Of a stretch of DNA of 64,000 nucleotides, positions 11,801-18,124 are shown piece by piece. Numbering within the stretch: the first letter of the stretch is position 1; each line of letters begins with the position of its first letter. The stretch comes from Spirochaetia bacterium (GTDB taxonomy: Bacteria; Spirochaetota; Spirochaetia; SZUA-6; Bin103): contig CBDBOV010000005.1 in assembly GCA_965208575.1 (NCBI GenBank), positions 288,001 through 352,000 of the forward strand, given 5' to 3'. The notes beneath the pieces are model-generated. The model saw only the letters and a program-made list of their open reading frames with translations, was not told the origin of the DNA and did not search any database. The position numbers and the translations under genes were made by a program.

Positions 11801-12678
11801 GCCGCCGCGGACAGGGTTGGCGAGGTGCCGTCCACCTTGTGGTTCGCGTCGTGGGCGAGCCCGGCATGGGTGAGCGTCGCGTTCTCCCCGGTGGTCGACA
11901 CGGACACGATGGTGCCGCCGTTCAGCTCCAGCGTGTTCGCCAGCACCGCCGCGCCCGCGCTCGAGGCGTCGCCCGCAGCCACCGTGTAGGCGAACTCCAG
12001 CGTCGTCGTGCCGCTGCCGCTCGCGTAGTCCGCCCACTTCTCGTCCCCGGCACCGGTGCTGAAGTCGAGCTTCACCCGCGGCACGCCGGTGACCGTCACC
12101 GCCTTGCTGAAGGTCAGCCGAACCCCGATGGTCGCGCCCCGTGCGTAGGTGTCGTCGGCGACCGGCTGCGACGACACCGCGACCCCCGTCACCGTCGGCA
12201 CCATCCCGGTGACGTTTTTCAGTGCAATGATTTTTGTGCTGGGCCTGTCCAACATCCGGTGGTCCAACCTCACCGCGTTGCCCGCGAGGTCCTTGAGCCC
12301 CTCGGCGCGGTCTGTGGGCGATATGTAAAAAAATTTGTTTGAGAACAACAGAGAGGTGCTTGGCGGCCAGCCCGGTTGCGCCTGTACAGTGCGTTCGCCC
12401 AGTCCGACCGTCACCACGTTGCCGCTGATCGTCACCTCGCCCTTGGCGGTAAAGGAGTTAGTCGATATCGAGCCGTGAACGCCGTAAATTTCCACCCGGA
12501 ACCATCCCCCCTTCGAGTTCGTATCCAGCGCCTCGCTGAAGTAGAGGGTCACCGTCCTGCCGTCGATCTCGCCCCGTACCAGCGTCGGCGGCGTGGTGTC
12601 CGGGGCCTGCGCGGCGGCGAACGGCGCCAGCGCGGTCGCGACGGCGGCGAGCAGCGCGAACGTACGGACGAACTTCAT
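5749..12678 (-). CDS. Giant modular surface adhesin/autotransporter-like protein 1 (2309 aa): SwmB repeats, Ig-like repeats, Calx-beta, C-terminal beta-barrel
   Basis: Signal peptide; SwmB-like units (VDGATLTLTFNETL...LRDEAGN); repeated VxGVAVVSDAGxDxTY modules; Calx-beta (VDYATSDGTATAGEDYTAASGTLTFAAGET); barrel ending LKLDARY. Confidence 0.85.
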   Translation of the reverse strand: MKFVRTFALLAAVATALAPFAAAQAPDTTPPTLVRGEIDGRTVTLYFSEALDTNSKGGWFRVEIYGVHGSISTNSFTAKGEVTISGNVVTVGLGERTVQAQPGWPPSTSLLFSNKFFYISPTDRAEGLKDLAGNAVRLDHRMLDRPSTKIIALKNVTGMVPTVTGVAVSSQPVADDTYARGATIGVRLTFSKAVTVTGVPRVKLDFSTGAGDEKWADYASGSGTTTLEFAYTVAAGDASSAGAAVLANTLELNGGTIVSVSTTGENATLTHAGLAHDANHKVDGTSPTLSAAAVDGATLTLTFNETLGTAESLANGAFTVKKTPSGSGEQTVSLSGSPTISGAVVTLTLANAVLDTDTDVKVSYTKPTMGTGNRLRDEAGNEVASFPAQTVTNNTGPAQHPSAAVDDATGTIVTLTFDEPLATPSARQLLSLRETFLIQGARFQGAPVTDQSPNTVAVNGATVTLTLGTGVLAGHQAMVSYRPSPSLGAALEDTHGNEVAAFQRTVTRSAGERAVRPTLTRAVASGTKLTLYYDETLDTGSVPARGAYTVRAGTAAQTVSGVAVSASAVTLTLSASVAASAAVTVDYTAGTNPVQDTAGNDAANLSGESVTNLGPTSPGKPGLAAADPASVAHRTLTLAWTQPLDPAHVPDRSAFSMSWGYLPVESVAVRGNEVELGLKWPVFPCNRTGTVSYAKPTTNALRNVWGVQADGFSEQAVRNAHAQWCVDRFSGVSVSRSQMRLRFEGALTREAPPRAEDFRASGAGDGGGGASARSVRTPGGAPALAVEDAALSADGREVVLSLSRAPAEGERLTVRYVPPHSGGTGLWDVEGHQVAPFTGQAVAGGGPAVIGVAVVSEAGSDATYAAGEAVRVALTFGEAVEVDTTNGTPRLKLDLGGEGGAGERWAAYEGGSGTETLTFAWTAVAPDESAAGIAVLADTLALDGGTIRSAATQTDAALGHAGIAHDAGHRVDAAPPQLLRGAIDGATMTLTFSEALDPEATGGRFNMALQTSGTDTVGFTPTGGVAVAGAVVTVGMGEGMPRAKAGLLEQNRVKYSRRADGSDGPLRDLAGNPMKTPGLSRLHTQDGTVEERYVEIDLENVTGGAPAVTGVAVVSDAGEDDTYALGERIRVAVTFGTAVDVDTAGGTPALTIDMDPAEWGEKRAAYESGSGTDTLVFVHEVVEPNISTQGIAVLADTLALHGGTIKAAVTQADAALGHPGIDHDPAHKVDWRLAPVPVAVTGVEVVSDAGSDGAWAEGETVEAAVTFDAPVRVDTEGGAPTLALIADTRAANGGIRRAAYVSGTGTARLVFAYRVTEADGRVQAPVRVAASGLKLNGGTIVAAAAGAPASLGFGAAPGVTAVSVATQADGRFEAGESVEATLVFAEPVAVEGVPTVAVTFGDVERRAAYVRGSGGDRLTFAYTLAEGEVWQGAPGLAGDSLRLDGGSVSSAGGGLAAVLAHPEVEGAAATPPPSVAAVAVMSDAGSDATYGLGERIRVRVSFTGAVTVTGAPEIAIDMDPAEWGTKRAVYERGSGSPTLIFVHEVVEPNISTQGIAVLADTLDANGGAIVSTRTGADALLGHVALAHDPAHKVDWRMSPPASSSGPPSVSGVSVVSSPASGDTYLLGETIRIRATFSEAVTVTGTPTLSIDMDPAEWGEKQAAYASGSGTSSLIFAHTVVEPNLSRQGIAVLADTLTLSGGTIRTAGGTDAALGHTGLGHASGHKVDWRPALSVADARAREGADEAVEFEVSLSRAFTGAEHSVTVDYATSDGTATAGEDYTAASGTLTFAAGETTKTVSVPVLDDSHDEGHETFSLRLSNLVGARAGDLEATGTIENTDPMPRAWLARFGRTLAEQVVDAVGARLAARGGGGAQARIAGQELAAGGLDADESARLADQELARWLAGRPEQPRTMSGGELLAGSAFAVTSAAAQDGPSAALWGRGGWSRFEGREGSLSVEGEVTTALLGAEVDSGAWLGGVMLSHARGDGSYRAAAGAGTVASTLTAVHPYVGVDLSERLTAWAAGGLGLGGLTLTPEGAAALETDLSLVLAALGARGRLVEPTAGSGFSLAIETDAYWVRTGSAEASGLAEAQADATRIRLGLDGGYRLALAGGGTLEPTVAVGVRHDGGDAETGYGMDVGGGLAWSAPALGLSAQVAARGLLTAEFDGFRDLGLSGSLAWDSDPASDRGASLSVTQTVGAAATGGSRALLGRPTLAGLAATGDGLDSRRLELKFGYGFPAFGERLTATPEFGVALSDTAREFRLGWKLGLARSGTSSFDLGVEAIRTEPVNDSGPQHGIRLKLDARY

Positions 12679-12750
12679 GGCGCTCTCCCTTGCCGGCCCT
12701 TTCCGGGCTTGCGTCGCGTCATCGCGGCCTGCAGTGCGCGACGCCGCGCA
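12679..12750. repeat. 72-bp inter-adhesin spacer, repeated at 17323-17394 and partly at 18086-18124
   Basis: CGTCGCGTCATCGCGGCCTGCAGTGCGCG shared by all three copies. Confidence 0.9.
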
Positions 12751-15700
12751 TCAGTACCGGGAGTCCAGCTTCAGCCGGATGCCGTGCTCAGGCCCGGAGT
12801 CGTTGACCGGCTCGGTCCGGATCGCCTCGACGCCGAGGTCGAACGATGACGTCCCGCTCCGGGCGAGCCCGAGCTTCCAGCCGAGGCGGAACTCGCGCGC
12901 GGTGTCCGAGAGCGCGACGCCCACCTCCGGCGTTGCGGTGAGGCGCTCGCCGAAGGCAGGGAAGCCGTAGCCGAACTTCAGTTCCAGCCGACGGCTGTCC
13001 AGGCCGTCGCCGGTGGCCGCCAGGCCGGCCAGGGTCGGCCGCCCGAGCAGCGCCCGGCTGCCGCCGGTGGCCGCGGCGCCCACCGTCTGGGTGACAGTCA
13101 ACGACGCTCCCCGGTCGGATGCCGGGTCCGAGTCCCAGGCGAGCGACCCGGACAGACCGAGGTCGCGGAAGCCGTCGAACTCCGCGGTCAGCAACCCGCG
13201 CGCCGCCACCTGCCCCGACAGCCCGAGCGCCGGGGCCGACCAGGCCAGCCCGCCACCCACGTCCATCCCGTAGCCGGTCTCCGCGTCACCGCCGTCGTGG
13301 CGCACCCCGACCGCGACCGTGGGCTCCAGCGCGCCGCCGCCCGCCAGCCCGATCCGGTAGCCGCCGTCGAGCCCCAGCCTGATCCGCGTGGCGTCCGCCT
13401 GTGCTTCCGCCAGCCCGGATGCCTCCGCGGAACCGGTGCGCACCCAGTAGGCGTCGGTCTCGATGGCCAGCGAGAAGCCGCTCCCGGCGGTCGGCTCCAC
13501 CAGCCGCCCGCGCGCGCCGAGCGCCGCCAGCACCAGCGACAGGTCGGTCTCCAGCGCCCTCGCCCCCTCGGGCGTGAGCGTGAGCCCGCCCAGCCCCAGC
13601 CCGCCGGCCGCCCACGCGGTCAGCCGCTCGCTCAGGTCCACCCCCACGTAGGGATGCACCGCGGTCAGCGTGCTCGCCACCGTCCCGGCGCCGGCGTCGG
13701 CCCGGTAGCTGCCGTCCCCGCGTGCGTGCGAGAGCATCACCCCACCGAGCCACGCTCGGGAGTCCACCTCCGCGCCGAGCAGTGCCGTGGTCACCTCGCC
13801 CTCGACGCTCAGGCTCCCCTCGCGCCCCTCGAACCGCGACCACCCGCCGCGGCCCCACAGCGCCGCCGCCGGCCGATCCTCCGCCGCCGCGGAGGTCACC
13901 GAAAACGCGCTGCCGGCCAGCAGCTCGCCGCCGCTCATCGTGCGCGGCTGCTCCGGCCTGCCCGCCAGCCAGCGCGCCAGCTCCTGGTCGGCAAGCCGCG
14001 CCGATTCGTCCGCGTCGAGGCCGCCGGCGCCGGCGAGCTCCTGCCCGGCAAGCCGCGCCTGTGCACCGCCGCCGCCCCGCGCCGCCAGCCGCTCCCCGAC
14101 CGCGTCCACCACCTGCTCGGCCAGCGTGCGCCCGAAGCGCGCCAGCCACGCCCGCGGCATCGGGTCCGTGTTCTCGATCGTGCCGGTCGCCTCCAGGTCG
14201 CCCGCGCGCGCGCCCACGACGTTCGACAGCCGCAAGCTGAACGTCTCGTGCCCCTCGTCGTGGCTGTCGTCGAGCACGGGCACGCTCACCGTCTTCGTCG
14301 TCTCGCCCGCGGCGAAGGTCAGCGTGCCGCTCGCCGCCGTGTAGTCCTCGCCCGCCGTCGCCGTGCCGTCGGATGTGGCGTAGTCCACCGTCACGGAGTG
14401 CCCCGCGCCTGTGAAGGCGCGGCTCAGCGACACCTCGAACTCCACCGCCTCGTCCGCACCCTCACGCGCCCGTGCGTCCGCCACCGAGAGCGCCGGGCGC
14501 CAGTCCACCTTGTGGCCGGAAGCATGGCCGAGGCCGGTGTGCCCGAGCGCCGCGTCCGTCCCGCCCGCCGTGCGGATCGTCCCGCCGCTCAGGGTCAGCG
14601 TGTCCGCGAGCACCGCGATCCCCTGCCTCGACAGGTTCGGCTCCACCACCGTGTGCGCGAAAATGAGGCTGCTCGTGCCGCTGCCGCTCGCGTAGGCCGC
14701 CTGCTTCTCGCCCCACTCCGCCGGGTCCATGTCGATGGACAGCGTCGGCGTGCCGGTCACCGTCACCGCCTCGCTGAACGTCGCCCGGATCCGGATCGTC
14801 TCGCCCAGCAGATAGGTGTCGCCCGAGGCCGGGCTCGACACCACCGCCACGCCGCTCACCGACGGCGGCCCCGGCGCCTTCACCGTCGCCGACACCGCGC
14901 TCGACAGCTTCCGCCCGTCCGGCGTGCACAACGCGCCCGTCGCCGTGCAGTCCGTCGTCGCCGGCAGCGACACCGTGACCTCCGCCCCCGAGGTCGGCTG
15001 CACCGTGACCGTCCAGCGCCGGTTGTCGCCCTTCACCACCCGCTTCGTGCGGGTCACCGTCGCGTTCGTCGCCTGAAGCGCCTCGGTGCGCAGCGTCGCC
15101 GAGGAAAGCTTCCGCACCAGCGCCTCGCTGAACACGAGACCGAAGCTGAACGCGCTGTCCCTGCCCCCGTGCGAGGCCGGCACATCGACGAACCGCGCCG
15201 TCAGCGGCGGCTGCCCCCCCGCCGTCCGCCAGTCCACCTTGTGGTTCGCGTCGTGGCCAAGGCCGTCATGCGAGAGGTTCGCGTCCGCGCCGTCCGCGCG
15301 GATCGTCCCGCCGGCGAGCTCCAGCGTGTCCTCCAGCACGGCGATGCCCTGCGTCGAGATGTTGGGCTCCACCACCGTGTGGACGAAGGTGAGGCTGTCC
15401 GTGCCGCCGCCGCTCGCGTAGGCCGCCCACTTCTCGCCCCACTCCGCCGGGTCCATGTCGATCTTGATGCGCGGCGTGCCCGTCACGTCCACCGGCCCGT
15501 CGAAGGTCACCCGGACCTGGATGGTGTCGCCGAGCCCGTAGGTCTGGTCCGCGCCCGCGCCCGAGGCCACCGACACGCCGGTCACCGCCGGCGGCGCCGG
15601 CGCCGTTACCGTCGCCGTCACCGCGTTCGACAGCCCCCGCCCGTCCGGCGTGCACAACGCGCCCGTCGCCGTGCAGTCGGTCGTCGCCGGCAGCGACACC

Positions 15701-17322
15701 GTGACCTCCGCCCCCGAGGTCGGCTGCACCGTGACCGTCCAGCGCCGGTTCTCGCCTTTCACCACCCGCTTCGTGCGGGTCACCGTCGCGTTCGTCGCCT
15801 CGAGCGCCTCGGTGCGCAGCGTCGCCGAGGAAAACTCCCGCACCAGCGCCTCGCTGAACTCGAGACCGAAGCTGAACGCGCTGTCCCTGCCCCCGTGCGA
15901 GGCCGGCACATCGACGAACCGCGCCGTCAGCGGCCGGCTGCCCCCCTGCCCCCCTGCCCCGGACGCGGTTGGGAGGCGCCCGCCGTCCACCTTGTGGTTC
16001 CGGTTGTGGGCGAGGCCCCCATGCGCAAGCGTCGCGTCCTCCCCGGCATCCGACGTGGACTCGATCGTGCCGCCGTTCAGTTCCAGCGTGTTCGCGAGCA
16101 CCGCCACGCCCGCGCTCGACGAGTCGTCCTGCGCCACCGCGTAGGCGAACTCCAGCCTCGTCGTGCCACTGCCGCCCGTGTACTCCGCCCACTGCTCGTC
16201 TCCGTCCGACGAGCTGAAGTCGAGCTTCACCCGCGGCGTGCCGGTGACCGTCACCGCCTCGCTAAAGGTCAGCCGCACCCCGATGGTCTCGCCCTGCGCG
16301 TAGGTGTCGTCGCCGACCGGCTCCGACGACACCTCGACATTCGTGGCCTTGGGCAGACAGAGAGGAGCCGCCGCCCGGCGATAAGCGCCGGCCGTCTGAA
16401 TGGCGGCCGCCTGAATGCCGGCCGCCTGAAAGCCAGCCGCTTGAACGCCGGCCGCTTGAACGCCGGACGCCTGAATGCCGGCCGCCTGAAAGCCGGCCGC
16501 CCGGCTGCCCGCCGCCTGAAAGCTGGCCGCCCCGAAAGGGCTGGCCCACGTCCCACAGTCAGGGACCACCGTCCGACCAGCAATGCCGTCCCACTGCATA
16601 GCTGCCACCTGGTTGCCGGAGGGGTCCTGGAGCGGGTTGCTGGTCGGCTTCGTGTAGCTCACCGTCACCTGCGCGCCGGACGCCGCCGCCGAGGCCAGGT
16701 TCAGCTTGAGCGTGTCCCCGGAAATCTCCACCGGATCGGTAGTCGCCAGTGTGGCCGGACTATTGCTCACCCTCACCGTAAACGCGCTCGCCGCCGGCTT
16801 GGAACTCGTGTCCAGTTGGGTGTAGAAGGTCATGGTCACCACCGTGCCGCTCACCTCCACAAGCCTGACCGCCGGCGTGGAGACGTTGCTCAACTTGATC
16901 GAGTTCCTTGGGTGTATGTCCCTCACCTCGTTGCCGGCAACGTCCCGGAGCTTGTTGACGGCCCCGCTGCTGAAGTACGCGTAAAACCAGGCACTGTAGC
17001 CCGGTGTCGCCCGTCTGACGCCACCGACCATCACCGTTTTGCCGCTGATCGTCACCGGTCCCTTTGACCAACAAGTGCTCCCGCAACCGCATCTGATCCC
17101 GGGAGGGCACGGGCACGGGAATTTCACCTGCGCCCAGAAGGCGCGCGCCGCCGGCACCGAGGTCGTGTCCAGCGTCTCGCTGAAGTAGAGGGTCATCGTC
17201 GTGCCGTCGATTTCACCCCGCACCAGCGTCGGCGGCGTGGTGTCCGGGGCCTGCGCGGCGGCGAACGGCGCCAGCGCGGTAGCGACGGCGGCCAGGAGCG
17301 CGAACGTACGGACGAGTTTCAT
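12751..17322 (-). CDS. Giant modular adhesin/autotransporter-like protein 2 (1523 aa)
   Basis: Same signal peptide and near-identical C-terminal ~700 aa as protein 1; two PLTARFVDVPASHGG modules; GGGAGAG RBS. Confidence 0.85.
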   Translation of the reverse strand: MKLVRTFALLAAVATALAPFAAAQAPDTTPPTLVRGEIDGTTMTLYFSETLDTTSVPAARAFWAQVKFPCPCPPGIRCGCGSTCWSKGPVTISGKTVMVGGVRRATPGYSAWFYAYFSSGAVNKLRDVAGNEVRDIHPRNSIKLSNVSTPAVRLVEVSGTVVTMTFYTQLDTSSKPAASAFTVRVSNSPATLATTDPVEISGDTLKLNLASAAASGAQVTVSYTKPTSNPLQDPSGNQVAAMQWDGIAGRTVVPDCGTWASPFGAASFQAAGSRAAGFQAAGIQASGVQAAGVQAAGFQAAGIQAAAIQTAGAYRRAAAPLCLPKATNVEVSSEPVGDDTYAQGETIGVRLTFSEAVTVTGTPRVKLDFSSSDGDEQWAEYTGGSGTTRLEFAYAVAQDDSSSAGVAVLANTLELNGGTIESTSDAGEDATLAHGGLAHNRNHKVDGGRLPTASGAGGQGGSRPLTARFVDVPASHGGRDSAFSFGLEFSEALVREFSSATLRTEALEATNATVTRTKRVVKGENRRWTVTVQPTSGAEVTVSLPATTDCTATGALCTPDGRGLSNAVTATVTAPAPPAVTGVSVASGAGADQTYGLGDTIQVRVTFDGPVDVTGTPRIKIDMDPAEWGEKWAAYASGGGTDSLTFVHTVVEPNISTQGIAVLEDTLELAGGTIRADGADANLSHDGLGHDANHKVDWRTAGGQPPLTARFVDVPASHGGRDSAFSFGLVFSEALVRKLSSATLRTEALQATNATVTRTKRVVKGDNRRWTVTVQPTSGAEVTVSLPATTDCTATGALCTPDGRKLSSAVSATVKAPGPPSVSGVAVVSSPASGDTYLLGETIRIRATFSEAVTVTGTPTLSIDMDPAEWGEKQAAYASGSGTSSLIFAHTVVEPNLSRQGIAVLADTLTLSGGTIRTAGGTDAALGHTGLGHASGHKVDWRPALSVADARAREGADEAVEFEVSLSRAFTGAGHSVTVDYATSDGTATAGEDYTAASGTLTFAAGETTKTVSVPVLDDSHDEGHETFSLRLSNVVGARAGDLEATGTIENTDPMPRAWLARFGRTLAEQVVDAVGERLAARGGGGAQARLAGQELAGAGGLDADESARLADQELARWLAGRPEQPRTMSGGELLAGSAFSVTSAAAEDRPAAALWGRGGWSRFEGREGSLSVEGEVTTALLGAEVDSRAWLGGVMLSHARGDGSYRADAGAGTVASTLTAVHPYVGVDLSERLTAWAAGGLGLGGLTLTPEGARALETDLSLVLAALGARGRLVEPTAGSGFSLAIETDAYWVRTGSAEASGLAEAQADATRIRLGLDGGYRIGLAGGGALEPTVAVGVRHDGGDAETGYGMDVGGGLAWSAPALGLSGQVAARGLLTAEFDGFRDLGLSGSLAWDSDPASDRGASLTVTQTVGAAATGGSRALLGRPTLAGLAATGDGLDSRRLELKFGYGFPAFGERLTATPEVGVALSDTAREFRLGWKLGLARSGTSSFDLGVEAIRTEPVNDSGPEHGIRLKLDSRY
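16381..16530 (-). repeat. In-frame 15-bp tandem repeat x10 (AAG[FIV]Q pentapeptide)
   Basis: Units such as CTGAATGCCGGCCGC; four units at the equivalent position of adhesin 3 (22538-22597). Confidence 0.9.
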
Positions 17323-17557
17323 GGCACTCTCCCTTGCCGGCCCTTGCCGGGCTTGCGTCGCGTCATCGCGGCCTGCAGTGCGCGCCGCCGCCCATCACCG
17401 GGCGTGCAGCTTCGTTCGCGATAGTCTCGGCCGCCGGCGAGACTCCGCACTGTCAGGTTTCCTCGCCCCGCCAGCCCCCTCCGGCGCCCACACGACATGC
17501 GAGCCTCGCCGAATGACAGGGACAGGGGCCGTCCACACTCCGACCGCATGCTGCCGG

Positions 17558-17575
17558 ATTATACCAGGTCTTGTA
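17558..17575 (-). promoter_or_regulatory. Extended -10 promoter (TGGTATAAT) for adhesins 2 and 1
   Basis: Consensus TGnTATAAT at 17558-17566 in an AT-rich patch; overlapping TATAC-N8-GTATA inverted repeat. Confidence 0.6.
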
Positions 17576-17696
17576 TAAAATGTGCGTACTAATACGGCCT
17601 TTTTCAATATTCATATCATCAACTTACCGGCGGCCGGAGAGGGCGGCGCGGAGACGGCCGCCGACCCCACGCCCGGACCGGCAACCGGCCGAGCAC

Positions 17697-17983
17697 GGGT
17701 GAGCGCGCTGCGGCGCGAGCTGGCGGGCTGCTTCGACCTGACGGTCTGGCTCTCCTGCCCGCGCGAGAAGCGGGTCGCGCGTCTCGCCGGGCGCGGTGAC
17801 ACGCCGCCGGAGGAGATCGAGTACTGGCTGCCCTCCGAGGATGCCTACGTCGCCGCGCATGCGCCCCGGCAGCGCGCCCACCTGGTGGTCGACGCCAGCG
17901 CCGACGCGGCGGCCGGCGCCGGGCTGGTGACCAAGCGCTGGTCGCCGCCGCCGGCAGCGGGCTACCGGATGCGGGAGTCGTAG
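17697..17983 (+). pseudogene. Duplicated 3' fragment of the uridine kinase-like gene
   Basis: VSALRRELAGCFDLTVWLSCPREKRVARLAGRGDTPPEEIEYWLPSEDAY nearly identical to the segment from 5488 to ~5745; Walker A absent. Confidence 0.9.
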
Positions 17984-18044
17984 TCGGCTACCGATGCCGC
18001 CACCAGCCGGCGGTACCTTCTCGATCGGCGGAATCCGCTTCACC

Positions 18045-18087
18045 CGGTGCGGTCATGGCCGCCGCTCCGGCATCCGTGACCGCACCG
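18045..18087. terminator. 14-bp stem-loop downstream of adhesin 3 (terminator or mRNA stabiliser)
   Basis: CGGTGCGGTCATGG ... CCGTGACCGCACCG inverted repeat; no U-tract. Confidence 0.45.
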
Positions 18088-18124
18088 TCGCGTCATCGCG
18101 GCCTGCAGTGCGCGACGCCGCGCA

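Noticed and set aside
17323-17470. c-di-GMP-I riboswitch in the adhesin leader (GACGCAAGCC-like segment)
   Set aside because: The other conserved elements and stems could not be placed; needs an Infernal scan
17395-17607. 70-aa ORF MKKAVLV...KLHAR as a real gene
   Set aside because: It spans the predicted promoter, and only its last codons resemble the barrel end
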